A stretch of DNA of 64,000 bases from the human T2T-CHM13v2.0 reference genome, Homo sapiens: assembly GCF_009914755.1 (NCBI RefSeq), contig NC_060937.1. One strand, written 5' to 3'. Shown here one piece after another: positions 28,376-45,201 of the stretch. Under the pieces are notes generated by a model that was not told the origin of the DNA, ran no database searches, and was given only the letters and a program-made list of their open reading frames with translations. Position 1 is the stretch's first letter, and each line of letters begins with the position of its first letter. The position numbers were made by a program, and so were the translations under genes.

Positions 28376-31300
28376 AATATCAAAGTACTCAAACTATATA
28401 TCATATACTGTACATAAAATATCAAAGTACCCAAACTGTGTATTACTACATACTGTATATAAAATATCAAAGTACCTGAAATATATATTTTATACTGTAC
28501 ATAAAATATCAAAGTACCCAAAATATATACTATATACTGTACATAAAATATGAAGGTACATCAAATATATATTATATCCTGTACATAAAATATCAAAGTA
28601 CTCCTAATATATATTGTGTACTGTACATAATATATTAAATCGCCCAAATATATATTGTATACTGTATATAAAATATGAAGGTACTTCAAATATATATTAT
28701 ATGCTGCACATAAAATATCAAAGTACCCAAAGTATGCATTACATACTGTACATAAAATATCAAAGTACACAAATTATATATTATATTCTGTACATAAAAT
28801 ATGTAGGTTCATCAAATATATTTTATATTCTGTACATAATATATCAAAGTACATCAAATATATATTATATACGGTACATAAAATATCAAAGTACCCAAAA
28901 TATGTACTATTTACTGTACCTAAAATATGAAAGTAACCAAACTTTTATAATAAACTGTACATAAAATATCAAAGTACTCAATCTACATATTATATACAGT
29001 ATATAAAATATCAAAGTACACAAACTGTATATTATATACTGTACATAATATATCAAAGTACCCAGAATATATAGCATACTGTACATACAATATCAAAGTA
29101 CCCAGAATGTATATTGTATACTGTACATAAAATATGAAGGTACATCAAAGATATATTATATTCTGTACATAAAATATCAAAGTACACCAAATATATATTA
29201 TATGCTGTACATAATATATTAAAGTTGCCCATGTATACATTTTATACTGTACATAAAATATGAAGGTACATCAAATATATAGTATATGCTGCACATAAAA
29301 TATCAAAGTACCCAAAGTATGTATTATATACTGTACATAAAATATCAAAGTACCAAAAGTATATATTACCTACTGTAAATAAAATATGAAGATACCTCAA
29401 ATATATATTATATTCTGTACATGAAATATCAAAGTACACCAAGTATATACTATATACTCTACATAAAATATTAAATTACCCAAAATATGTATTGTATTGT
29501 GTACATAAAATATGAAAGTAACCAAACATTTATAATAAACTGTACATAAAATATCAAAGTACTCAAACTTTATATTATATACTGTACATAAAGTATCAAA
29601 GTACCCAAACTGTGTAGTATATACTGTACATAAAATATCAAGGTACCCAAAATGTATATTGTAAACTGTAGATAAAATATCAAAGTACCCAAAATATATA
29701 CTATATACTGTACATAAAATATGAAGGCACATCCAATATATATTATATTCTGTACATAAAATATCAAAGTACACCAAATGTATATTATATACTGTACATA
29801 AAATAAAAAACTACCCCAAATATATATTATATACTCTACATAAAATATCAAAGTACACAAAATATATATTATATACTGTACATAATATATCAAAGTACCC
29901 ATAGTATGTATTATATCCTGTACATAAAATATGAAAGTACGTCAAATATATATTCTATTCTGCACATAAAATATCATATTGCACCAAATATATATTGTAT
30001 ACTGTATATAAAATATGAAGGTACTTCAAATATATATTATATGCTGCACATAAAATATCAAAGTACCCAAAGTATGCATTATATACTGTACATAAAATAT
30101 CAAAGTACCCAAAGTGTATATTATATACTGTACATAAAATATGAAGGTTCATCAAATATATTTTATATTCTGCACATAATATATCAAAGTACAGCAAATA
30201 TATATTATATACTGTACATAAAATAACAAAGTAACAAAAATATGTACTATATACTGTACATAAAATATGAAAGTAACCAAATATTTATAATAAACTGTAT
30301 ATAAAATATCAAAGTACTCAAACTCCATATTATATACAGTATATAAAATATCAAAGTACCCATACTATATATTATATACTGTACATACTATATCAAAGTA
30401 CCCGAATATATAGCATACTGTACATAAAATATCAAATTACCCAAAATATATATTGTATACTGTACATAAAATATGAAGGTACATCAAAGATATATTATAT
30501 TCTGTACATAAAATATCAAAGTACACCAAATATATATTATATGCTGTACAGAATATATTAAAGTCGACCAAATGTATATTATATACTGTACATAAAATAT
30601 GAAGGTACATCAAATATATATTATATGCTGCACATAAAATATCAAAGTACCCAAAGTATGTGTTATATACTGTACATAAAATATCAAAGTACCCAAAGTA
30701 TATATTATATACTGTACATAAAATATAAAATACCCCAAATATATATTATATGCTGTACATAAAATATCAAAGTACACAAAATATGCATTATGTACTGTAC
30801 ATAAATTATCAAAGGACCCAAAATATATATTATATAGTGTACATAAAATATCAAAATACCCAAAATATATATTATATACTGTACATAAAATACCAAAGTA
30901 CCCAAAGTATATATTATATACTGTATAAAAAATATCAAAGTAGCCAAAATATGTATTATACCCTGTACATAATATATGAAAGTACCCAAACATTTATAAT
31001 AAACTGTACATAAAATATCAATGTACTCAAACTATATATTATGTGCGGTACTTAAGATATCAAAGTACCCATACTATATAGTATGTACTGTACTTAAAAT
31101 ATCAAAATACCCAAAATATATATTATATACGTTACATAAACTATCAAATACACAAAGTATGTATTACATACTGTACATAAAATAGCAAAGTTCCCAAAAT
31201 ATGTATTATATACTGTACATAAAATATGAAAGTACCCAACCATTTATAATAAACTCTACATAAAATACCAAAGTACCCAAACTGTGTATTATATACTCTC

Positions 31301-31682
31301 CATAAAATATCAAAGTACCCAAAATATATATTGTCAACTGTACATGAAATATCAAAGTAGCCAAAATATATATAGTATACCGTACATAAAATATAAAAGT
31401 ACCCCAAATATGTATTATATACTGTACATAAAATATCAAAGTACCGATAATACATATTATATACTGTACATAAAATATCAGAGGACCCAAAATAAGCATT
31501 ATATACTGTACATAAAATCTCCAAATACTCAAAATATATATTACATACTGTACATAAAATATCAAAGTACCCAAATTATTTATTATATACTGTACATAAA
31601 ATATCAGAGTACCCAAAATATGCATTATATACTATACATAAAATATGAAAGTAACAAAACATTTATAATAAACTGTACATAA
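28376..31682 (+). repeat. HOR unit type B, 3,307 bp
   Basis: Anchor spacing 3307; B-specific block present. Confidence 0.85.
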
Positions 31683-34600
31683 AATATCAAAGTACTCAAA
31701 CTATATATCATATACTGTACATAAAATATCAAAGTACCCAAACTGTGTATTATTATATACTGTATATAAAATATCAAAGTACCTGAAATATATACTGTAT
31801 ACTGTACATAAAATATCAAAGTACCCAAAATATATACTATATACTGTACATAAAATATGAAGGTACATCAAATATATATTATATCCTGTACATAAAATAT
31901 CAAAGTACACCTATTATATATTGTGTACTGTACATAATATATTAAATCGCCCAAATATATATTGTATACTGTATATAAAATATGAAGGTACTTCAAATAT
32001 ATATTATATGCTGCACATAAAATATCAAAGTACCCAAAGTATGCATTACATACTGTACATAAAATATCAAAGTACACATATTATCTATTATATAATGTAC
32101 ATAAAATATGAAGGTTCATCAAATATATATTATATTCTGTACATAATATATCAAAGTACATCAAATATATATTATATACTGTACATAAAATATCAAAGTA
32201 CCAAAAATATGTATTATATACTGTACATAAAACATGAAAGTAACCAAACATTTATAATAAACTGTACTTAAAATATCAAAGTACTCAATCTACATATTAT
32301 ATACAGTATATAAAATATCAAAGTACACAAACTGTATATTATATACTGTACATAATATATCAAAGTACCCAGAATATATAGCATACTGTACTTAAAATAT
32401 CAAAGTACCCAAAATATATATTGTATACTGTACATAAAATATGAAGGTACATCAAAGATATATTATATTCTGTACATAAAATATCAAAGTACACCAAATA
32501 TATATTATATGCTGTACATAATATATTAAAGTTGCCCATATATACATTATATACTGTACATAAAATATGAACGTACATCAAATATATAGTATATGCTGCA
32601 CATAAAATATCAAAGTACCCAAAGTATGTATTATACACTGTACATAAAATATCAAAGTACCAAAAGTATATATTACATACTGTAAATAAAATATGAAGGT
32701 ACCTCAAATATATATTATATTCTGTACATAAAATATCAAAGTACACCAAGTATATACTATATACTCTGCATAAAATATTAAATTACCCAAAATATGTATT
32801 GCATTGTGTACATAAAATATGAAAGTAACCAAACATTTATAATAAACTGTACATAAAATATCAAAGTACTCAAACTGTATATTATATACTGTACATAAAG
32901 TATCAAAGTACCCAAACTGTGTAGTATATACTGTACATAAAATATCAAGGTACCCAAAATATATATTGTAAACTGTAGATAAAATATCAAAGTACCCAAA
33001 ATATATATTATATACTGTACATAAAATATGAAGGCACATCCAATATATATTATATTCTGTACATAAAATATCAAAGTACACCAAATGTATATTATATACT
33101 GTACATAAAATATCAAAGTACCCAAAGTGTATATTATATACTGTACATAAAATATGAAGATTCATCAAATATATTTTATATTCTGCACATAATATATCAA
33201 AGTACAGCAAATATATATTATATACTGTACATAAAATATCAAAGTACCCAAAATATGTATTATATACTGTACATAAAATATGAAAGTAACCAAACATTTA
33301 TAATAAACTGTACATAAAGTATCAAAGTACTCAAACTACATATTATATACAGTATATAAAATGTCAAAGTACCCAAACTGTATATTATATACTGTACATA
33401 ATATATCAAAGTACCTGAATATATAGCATACTGTACATAAAATATCAAAGTACCCAAAGTGTGTATTATACACTGCACATAAAATATGAAGGTACATAAA
33501 ATATATATTGTATTCTGTACATAAAATATCAAAGTACTCCAAATATATATTATATGCTGTACATAATATATTAAAGTCGCCCAAATATATATTATATACT
33601 GTACATAAAATATGAAGGTACATCAAATATATATTATATGCTGCACATAAAATATCAAAGTACCCAAAGTATGTGTTATATACTGTACATAAAATATCAA
33701 AGTACCCAAAGTATATATTATATACTGTACATAAAATATAAAATACCCCAAATATATATTATATGCTGTACATAAAATATCAAAGTACACAAAATATGTA
33801 TTATATACTGTACATAAAATACCAAAGGACCCAAAATATATATTATATACTGTACATAAAATATCAAAATACCCAAAATATATATTATATACTGTACATA
33901 AAATACCAAAGTACCCAAAGTATATATTATATACCGTACAAAAAATATCAAAGTAGCCAAAATATGTATTATACACTGTACATAATATATGAAAGTACCC
34001 AAACATTTATAAAAAACTGTACATAAAATATCAATGTACTCAAACTATATATTATGTGCGGTACATAAGATATCAAATTACCCATACTATATAGTATATA
34101 CTGCACTTAAAATATCAAAATACCCAAAATATATATTATATACGTTACATAAACTATCAAATACACAAAGTATGTATTATATACTGTACATAAAATAGCA
34201 AAGTTCCCAAAATATGTATTATATACTGTACATAAAATATGAAAGTACCCAACCATTTATAATAAACTCTACATAAAATACCAAAGTACCCAAACTGTGT
34301 ATTATATTCTGTCCATAAAATATCAAAGTACCCAAAATATATATTGTAAACTGTACATAAAATATCAAAGTAGCCAAAATACATATTGTATACTGTACAT
34401 AAAATATGAAAGTACCCCAAATATGTATTATATACTGTACATAAAATATCAAAGTACCCATAATACATATTATATACTGTACATAAAATATCAAAGGACC
34501 CAAAATAAACATTATATACTGTACATAAAATATCCAAATACTCAAAATATATATTACGTACTGTACATAAAATATCAAAGTACCCAAATTATGTATTATA

Positions 34601-34695
34601 TACTGTACGTAAAATATCAGAGTACCCAAAATATGCATTATATACTGTACATAAAATATGAAAGTAACAATACATTTATAATAAACTGTACATAA
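31683..34695 (+). repeat. HOR unit type A, 3,013 bp
   Basis: Anchor spacing 3013; near-identical to 474-3486 (offset 31209). Confidence 0.85.
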
Positions 34696-37600
34696 AATAT
34701 CAAAGTACTCAAACTATATATCATATACTGTACATAAAATATCAAAGTACCCAAACTGTGTATTATTATATACTGTATATAAAATATCAAAGTACCTGAA
34801 ATATATACTGTATACTGTACATAAAATATCAAAGTACCCAAAATATATACTATATACTGTACATAAAATATGAAGGTACATCAAATATATATTATATCCT
34901 GTACATAAAATATCAAAGTACACCTATTATATATTGTGTACTGTACATAATATATTAAATCGCCCAAATATATATTGTATACTGTATATAAAATATGAAG
35001 GTACTTCAAATATATATTATATGCTGCACATAAAATATCAAAGTACCCAAAGTATGCATTAAACACTGTACATAAAATATCAAAGTACACATATTATCTA
35101 TTATATAATGTACATAAAATATGAAGGTTCATCAAATATATATTATATTCTGTACATAATATATCAAAGTACATCAAATATATATTATATACTGTACATA
35201 AAATATCAAAGTACCAAAAATATGTATTATATACTGTACATAAAACATGAAAGTAACCAAACATTTATAATAAACTGTACATAAAATATCAAAGTACTCA
35301 ATCTACATATTATATACAGTATATAAAATATCAAAGTACACAAACTGTATATTATATACCGTACATAATATATCAAAGTACCCAGAATATATAGCATACT
35401 GTACATAAAATAACAAAGTACCCAAAATGTATATTGTATACTGTACATAAACTATGAAGGTACATCAAAGATATATTATATTCTGTACATAAAATATCAA
35501 AGTACACCAAATATATATTATATGCTGTACATAATATATTAAAGTTGCCCATATATACATTATATACTGTACATAAAATATGAACGTACATCAAATATAT
35601 AGTATATGCTGCACATAAAATATCAAAGTACCCAAAGTATGTATTATACACTGTACATAAAATATCAAAGTACCAAAAGTATATATTACATACTGTAAAT
35701 AAAATATGAAGGTACCTCAAATATATATTATATTCTGTACATAAAATATCAAAGTACACCAAGTATATACTATATACTCTGCATAAAATATTAAATTACC
35801 CAAAATATGTATTGCATTGTGTACATAAAATATGAAAGTAACCAAACATTTATAATAAACTGTACATAAAATATCAAAGTACTCAAACTGTATATTATAT
35901 ACTGTACATAAAGTATCAAAGTACCCAAACTGTGTAGTATATACTGTACATAAAATATCAAGGTACCCAAAATATATATTGTAAACTGTAGATAAAATAT
36001 CAAAGTACCCAAAATATATATTATATACTGTACATAAAATATGAAGGCACATCCAATATATATTATATTCTGTACATAATATATCAAAGTACACCAAATG
36101 TATATTATATACTGTACATAAAATATCAAAGTACCCAAAGTGTATATTATATACTGTACATAAACTATGAAAGTTCATCAAATATATTTTATATTCTGCA
36201 CATAATATATCAAAGTACAGCAAATATATATTATATACTGTACATAAAATATCAAAGTACCCAAAATATGTATTATATACTGTACATAAAATATGAAAGT
36301 AACCAAACATTTATAATAAACTGTACATAAAATATCAAAGTACTCAAACTGTATATTATATACTCTACATAAAGTATCAAAGTACCCAAACTGTGTAGTA
36401 TATACTGTACATAAAATATCAAGGTACCCAAAATATATATTGTAAACTGTAGATAAAATATCAAAGTACCCAAAATATATATTATATACTGTACATGAAA
36501 TATGAAGGCCCCTCCAATATATATTATACTCTGTACATAAAATATCAAAGTACACCAAATGTATATTATATACTGTACATAAAATATCAAAGTACCCAAA
36601 GTGTATATTATATACTGTACATAAACTATGAAGGTTCATCAAATATATTTTATATTCTGCACATAATATATCAAAGTACAGCAAATATATATTATATACT
36701 GTACATAAAATATCAAAGTACCCAAATTATGTATTATATACTGTACATAAAATATGAAAGTAAGCAAACATTTATAATAAACTGTACATAAAGTATCAAA
36801 GTACTCAAACTACATATTATATACAGTATATAAAATATCAAAGTACCCAAACTGTATATTATATAATGTACATAATATATCAAAGTACCCGAATATATAG
36901 CATACTCTACATAAAATATCAAAGTACCCAAAGTTTGTATTATACACTGCACATAAAATATGGAGGTACATCAAAGATATATTATATTCTGTACATAAAA
37001 TATCAAAGTACACCAAATATATGTTATATGCTGTACATAATATATTAAAGTCGACCAAATATATATTATATACTGTACATAAAATATGAAGGTACATCAA
37101 ATATATATTATATGCTGCACATAAAATATCAAAGTACCCAAAGTATGTGTTATATACTGTACATAAAATATCAAAGTACCCAAAGTATATATTATATACT
37201 GTACATAAAATATAAAATACCCCAAATATATATTATATGCTCTACATAAAATATCAAAGTACACAAAATATGTATTATATACTGTACATAAAATACCAAA
37301 GGACCCAAAATATATATTATATACTGTACATAAAATATCAAAATACCCAAAATATATATTATATACTGTACATAAAATACCAAAGTACCCAAAGTATATA
37401 TTATATACCGTACAAAAAATATCAAAGTAGCCAAAATATGTATTATACACTGTACATAATATATGAAAGTACCCAAACATTTATAATAAACTGTACATAA
37501 AATATCAATGTACTCAAACTATAAATTATGTGCGGTACATAAGATATCAAAGTACCCATACTATATAGTATATACTGTACTTAAAATATCAAAATACCCA

Positions 37601-38169
37601 AAATATATATTATATACGTTACATAAACTATCAAATACACAAAGTATGTATTATATACTGTACATAAAATAGCAAAGTTCCCAAAATATGTATTATATAC
37701 TGTACATAAAATATGAAAGTACCCAACCATTTATAATAAACTCTACATAAAATACCAAAGTACCCAAACTGTGTATTATATACTGTCCATAAAATATCAA
37801 AGTACCCAAAATATATATTGTAAACTGTACATAAAATATCAAAGTAGCCAAAATACATATTGTATACTGTACATAAAATATGAAAGTACCCCAAATATGT
37901 ATTATATACTGTACATAAAATATCAAAGTACCCATAATACATATTATATACTGTACATAAAATATCAAAGGACCCAAAATAAACATTATATACTGTACAT
38001 AAAATATCCAAATACTCAAAATATATATTACGTACTGTACATAAAATATCAAAGTACCCAAATTATGTATTATATACTGTACGTAAAATATCAGAGTACC
38101 CAAAATATGCATTATATACTGTACATAAAATATGAAAGTAACAATACATTTATAATAAACTGTACATAA
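34696..38169 (+). repeat. HOR unit A+461, 3,474 bp
   Basis: Anchor spacing 3474; GGCCCCTCC marker near 36507. Confidence 0.85.
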
Positions 38170-41100
38170 AATATCAAAGTACTCAAACTATATATCATAT
38201 ACTGTACATAAAATATCAAAGTACCCAAACTGTGTATTATTATATACTGTATATAAAATATCAAAGTACCTGAAATATATACTGTATAGTGTACATAAAA
38301 TATCAAAGTACCCAAAATATATACTATATACTGTACATAAAATATGAAGGTACATCAAATATATATTATATCCTGTACATAAAATATCAAAGTACACCTA
38401 TTATATATTGTGTACTGTACATAATATATTAAATCGCCCAAATATATATTGTATACTGTATATAAAATATGAAGGTACTTCAAATATATATTATATGCTG
38501 CCCATAAAATATCAAAGTACCCAAAGTATGCATTAAACACTGTACATAAAATATCAAAGTACACATATTATCTATTATATAATGTACATAAAATATGAAG
38601 GTTCATCAAATATATATTATATTCTGTACATAATATATCAAAGTACATCAAATATATATTATATACTGTACATAAAATATCAAAGTACCAAAAATATGTA
38701 TTATATACTGTACATAAAACATGAAAGTAACCAAACATTTATAATAAACTGTACATAAAATATCAAAGTACTCAATCTACATATTATATACAGTATATAA
38801 AATATCAAAGTACACAAACTGTATATTATATACCGTACATAATATATCAAAGTACCCAGAATATATAGCATACTGTACATAAAATATCAAAGTACCCAAA
38901 ATGTATATTGTATACTGTACATAAAATATGAAGGTACATCAAAGATATATTATATTCTGTACATAAAATATCAAAGTACACCAAATATATATTATATGCT
39001 GTACATAATATATTAAAGTTGCCCATATATACATTATATACTGTACATAAAATATGAACGTACATCAAATATATAGTATATGCTGCACATAAAATATCAA
39101 AGTACCCAAAGTATGTATTATACACTGTACATAAAATATCAAAGTACCAAAAGTATATATTACATACTGTAAATAAAATATGAAGGTACCTCAAATATAT
39201 ATTATATTCTGTACATAAAATATCAAAGTACACCAAGTATATACTATATACTCTGCATAAAATATTAAATTACCCAAAATATGTATTGCATTGTGTACAT
39301 AAAATATGAAAGTAACCAAACATTTATAATAAACTGTACATAAAATATCAAAGTACTCAAACTGTATATTATATACTGTACATAAAGTATCAAAGTACCC
39401 AAACTGTGTAGTATATACTGTACATAAAATATCAAGGTACCCAAAATATATATTGTAAACTGTAGATAAAATATCAAAGTACCCAAAATATATATTATAT
39501 ACTGTACATAAAATATGAAGGCACATCCAATATATATTATATTCTGTACATAATATATCAAAGTACACCAAATGTATATTATATACTGTACATAAAATAT
39601 CAAAGTACCCAAAGTGTATATTATATACTGTACATAAACTATGAAAGTTCATCAAATATATTTTATATTCTGCACATAATATATCAAAGTACAGCAAATA
39701 TATATTATATACTGTACATAAAATATCAAAGTACCCAAAATATGTATTATATACTGTACATAAAATATGAAAGTAACCAAACATTTATAATAAACTGTAC
39801 ATAAAATATCAAAGTACTCAAACTGTATATTATATACTCTACATAAAGTATCAAAGTACCCAAACTGTGTAGTATATACTGTACATAAAATATCAAGGTA
39901 CCCAAAATATATATTGTAAACTGTAGATAAAATATCAAAGTACCCAAAATATATATTATATACTGTACATGAAATATGAAGGCCCCTCCAATATATATTA
40001 TACTCTGTACATAAAATATCAAAGTACACCAAATGTATATTATATACTGTACATAAAATATCAAAGTACCCAAAGTGTATATTATATACTGTACATAAAC
40101 TATGAAGGTTCATCAAATATATTTTATATTCTGCACATAATATATCAAAGTACAGCAAATATATATTATATACTGTACATAAAATATCAAAGTACCCAAA
40201 TTATGTATTATATACTGTACATAAAATATGAAAGTAAGCAAACATTTATAATAAACTGTACATAAAGTATCAAAGTACTCAAACTACATATTATATACAG
40301 TATATAAAATATCAAAGTACCCAAACTGTATATTATATAATGTACATAATATATCAAAGTACCCGAATATATAGCATACTCTACATAAAATATCAAAGTA
40401 CCCAAAGTTTGTATTATACACTGCACATAAAATATGGAGGTACATCAAAGATATATTATATTCTGTACATAAAATATCAAAGTACACCAAATATATGTTA
40501 TATGCTGTACATAATATATTAAAGTCGACCAAATATATATTATATACTGTACATAAAATATGAAGGTACATCAAATATATATTATATGCTGCACATAAAA
40601 TATCAAAGTACCCAAAGTATGTGTTATATACTGTACATAAAATATCAAAGTACCCAAAGTATATATTATATACTGTACATAAAATATAAAATACCCCAAA
40701 TATATATTATATGCTCTACATAAAATATCAAAGTACACAAAATATGTATTATATACTGTACATAAAATACCAAAGGACCCAAAATATATATTATATACTG
40801 TACATAAAATATCAAAATACCCAAAATATATATTATATACTGTACATAAAATACCAAAGTACCCAAAGTATATATTATATACCGTACAAAAAATATCCAA
40901 GTAGCCAAAATATGTATTATACACTGTACATAATATATGAAAGTACCCAAACATTTATAATAAACTGTACATAAAATATCAATGTACTCAAACTATATAT
41001 TATGTGCGGTACATAAGATATCAAAGTACCCATACTATATAGTATATACTGTACTTAAAATATCAAAATACCCAAAATATATATTATATACGTTACATAA

Positions 41101-41643
41101 ACTATCAAATACACAAAGTATGTATTATATACTGTACATAAAATAGCAAAGTTCCCAAAATATGTATTATATACTGTACATAAAATATGAAAGTACCCAA
41201 CCATTTATAATAAAGTCTACATAAAATACCAAAGTACCCAAACTGTGTATTATATACTGTCCATAAAATATCAAAGGACCCAAAATATATATTGTAAACT
41301 CTACATAAAATATCAAAGTAGCCAAAATACATATTGTATACTGTACATAAAATATAAAAGTACCCCAAATATATATTATATACTGTACATAAAATATCAA
41401 AGTACCCATAATACATATTATACACTGTACATAAAATATCAAAGGACCCAAAATAAACATTATATACTGTACATAAAATATCCAAATACTCAAAATATAT
41501 ATTACATACTGTACATAAAATATCAAAGTACCCAAATTATGTATTATACACTGTACGTAAAATATCAGAGTACCCAAAATATGCATTATATACTGTACAT
41601 AAAATATGAAAGTAACAAAACATTTATAATAAACTGTACATAA
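38170..41643 (+). repeat. HOR unit A+461, 3,474 bp
   Basis: Anchor spacing 3474. Shares the private GCTGCCCATA and TATAGTGTAC variants with 3487-6960 (offset 34683). Confidence 0.85.
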
Positions 41644-44600
41644 AATATCAAAGTACTCAAACTATATATCATATACTCTACATAAAATATCAAAGTACCC
41701 AAACTGTGTATTATTATATACTGTATATAAAATATCAAAGTACCTGAAATATATACTGTATACTGTACATAAAATATCAAAGTACCCAAAATATATACTA
41801 TATACTGTACATAAAATATGAAGGTACATCAAATATATATTATATCCTGTACATAAAATATCAAAGTACACCTATTATATATTGTGTACTGTACATAATA
41901 TATTAAATCGCCCAAATATATATTGTATACTGTATATAAAATATGAAGGTACTTCAAATATATATTATATGCTGCACATAAAATATCAAAGTACCCAAGG
42001 TATGCATTACATACTGTACATAAAATATCAAAGTACACATATTATCTATTATATAATGTACATAAAATATGAAGGTTCATCAAATATATATTATATTCTG
42101 TACATAATATATCAAAGTACATCAAATATATATTATATACTGTACATAAAATATCAAAGTACCAAAAATATGTATTATATACTGTACATAAAACATGAAA
42201 GTAACCAAACATTTATAATAAACTGTACATAAAATATCAAAGTACTCAATCTACATATTATATACAGTATATAAAATATCAAAGTACACAAACTGTATAT
42301 TATATACGGTACATAATATATCAAAGTACCCAGAATATATAGCATACTGTAAATAAAATATCAAAGTACCCAAAATATATATTGTATACTGTACATAAAA
42401 TATGAAGGTACATCAAAGATATATTATATTCTGTACATAAAATATCAAACTACACCAAATATATATTATATGCTGTACATAATATATTAAAGTTGCCCAT
42501 ATATACATTATATACTGTACATAAAATATGAACGTACATCAAATATATAGTATATGCTACACATAAAATATCAAAGTACCCAAAATATATACTATATACT
42601 GTACATAAAATATGAAGGTACATCAAATATATATTATATCCTGTACATAAAATATCAAAGTACACCTATTATATATTGTGTACTGCACATAATATATTAA
42701 ATCGCCCAAATATATATTGTATACTGTATATAAAATATGAAGGTACTTCAAATATATATTATATGCTGCACATAAAATATCAAAGTACCCAAAGTATGCA
42801 TTACATACTGTACATAAAATATCAAATTACAAAAATTATATATTATATTCTGTACATAAAATATGTAGGTTCTTCAAATATATTTTATATTCTGTACATA
42901 ATATATCAAAGTACATCAAATATATATTATATACGGTACATAAAATATCAAAGTACCCAAAATATGTATTAATTACTGTGCATAAAATATGAAAGTAACC
43001 AAACATTTATAATAAACTGTACATAAAATATCAAACTACTCAATCTACATATTATATACAGTATATAAAATATCAAAGTACACAAACTGTATATTATATA
43101 CTGTACATAATATATCAAAGTACCCAGAATATATAGCATACTGTACATACAATATCAAAGTACCCAGAATGTATATTGTATTCTGTACATAAAATATGAA
43201 TGTACATCAAAGATATATTATATTCTGTACATAAAATATCAAAGTACACCGAATATATATTATATGCTGTACATAATATATTAAAGTTGCCCATGCATAC
43301 ATTTTATACTGTACATAAAATATGAAGGTACATCAAATATATAGTATATGCTGCACATAAAATATCAAAGTACCCAAAGTATGTATTATATACTGTACAT
43401 AAAATATCAAAGTACCAAAAGTATATATTACCTACTGTAAATAAAATATGAAGATACCTCAAATATATATTATATTCTGTACATGAAATATCAAAGTACA
43501 CCAAGTATATACTATATACTCTACATAAAATATTAAATTACCCAAAATATGTATTGTATTGTGTACATAAAATATGAAAGTAACCAAACATTTATAATAA
43601 ACTGTACATAAAATATCAAAGTACTCAAACTTTATATTATATACTGTACATAAAGTATCAAAGTACCCAAACTGTGTAGTATATACTGTACATAAAATAT
43701 CAAGGTACCCAAAATGTATATTGTAATCTGTAGATAAAATATCAAAGTACCCAAAATATATATTATATACTGTACATAAAATATGAAGGCTCATCCAATA
43801 TATATTATATTCTGTACATAAAATATCAAAGTACACCAAATGTATATTATATACTGTACATAAAATATAAAACTACGCCAAATATATCTTATATACTCTA
43901 CATAAAATATCAAAGTACCCAAAATATATATTATATACTGTACATAAAATATCAAAGTACCCATAGTATGTATTATATCCTGTACATAAAATATGAAGGT
44001 ACATCAAATATATATTCTATTCTGCACATAAAATATCATATTGCACCAACTATATATTGTATACTGTATATAAAATATGAAGGTACTTCAAATATATATT
44101 ATATGCTGCACATAAAATATCAAAGTACCCAAAGTATGCATTATATACTGTACATAAAATATCAAAGTACCCAAAGTGTATATTATATACTGTACATAAA
44201 ATATGAAGGTTCATCAAATATATTTTATATTCTGCACATAATATATCAAAGTACAGCAAATATATATTATATACTGTACATAAAATATCAAAGTACCCAA
44301 AATATGTATTATATACTGTACATAAAATATGAAAGTAACCAAACATTTATAATAAACTGTACATAAAATATCAAAGTACTCAAACTACATATTATATACA
44401 GTATATAAAATGTCAAAGTACCCAAACTGTATATTATATACTGTACATAATATATCAAAGTACCCAAATATATAGCATACTGTACATAAAATATCAAAGT
44501 ACCCAAAGTGTGTGTTATACACTGCACATAAAATATGAAGGTACATCAAAGATATATTATATTCTGTACATAAAATATCAAAGTACACCAAATATATATT

Positions 44601-45201
44601 ATATGCTGTACAGAATATATTAAAGTCGACCAAATATATATTATATACTGTACATAAAATATGAAGGTACATCAAATATATATTATATGCTGCACATAAA
44701 ATATCAAAGTACCCAAAGTATGTATTATATACTGTACATAAAATATCAAAGTACCCAAAGTATATATTATATACTGTACATAAAATATAAAATACCCCAA
44801 ATATATATTATATCCTGTACATAAAATATCAAAGTACCCAAAATATATATTGTAAACTGTACATAAAATATCAAAGTAGCCAAAATATATATTGTATACT
44901 GTCCATAAAATATAAAAGTACCCCAAATATGTATTATATACTGTACATAAAATATCAAAGTACCGATAATACATATTATATACTGTACATAAAATATCAA
45001 AGGACCCAAAATAAACATTATATACTGTACATAAAATATCCAAATACTCAAAATATATATTACATACTGTACATAAAATATCAAAGTACCCAAATTATGT
45101 ATTATATACTGTACGTAAAATATCAGAGTACCCAAAATATGCATTATATACTGTACATAAAATATGAAAGTAACAAAACATTTATAATAAACTGTACATA
45201 A
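41644..45201 (+). repeat. Chimeric A/B HOR unit, 3,558 bp
   Basis: Copy of 6961-10518 at offset 34683. Confidence 0.85.
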
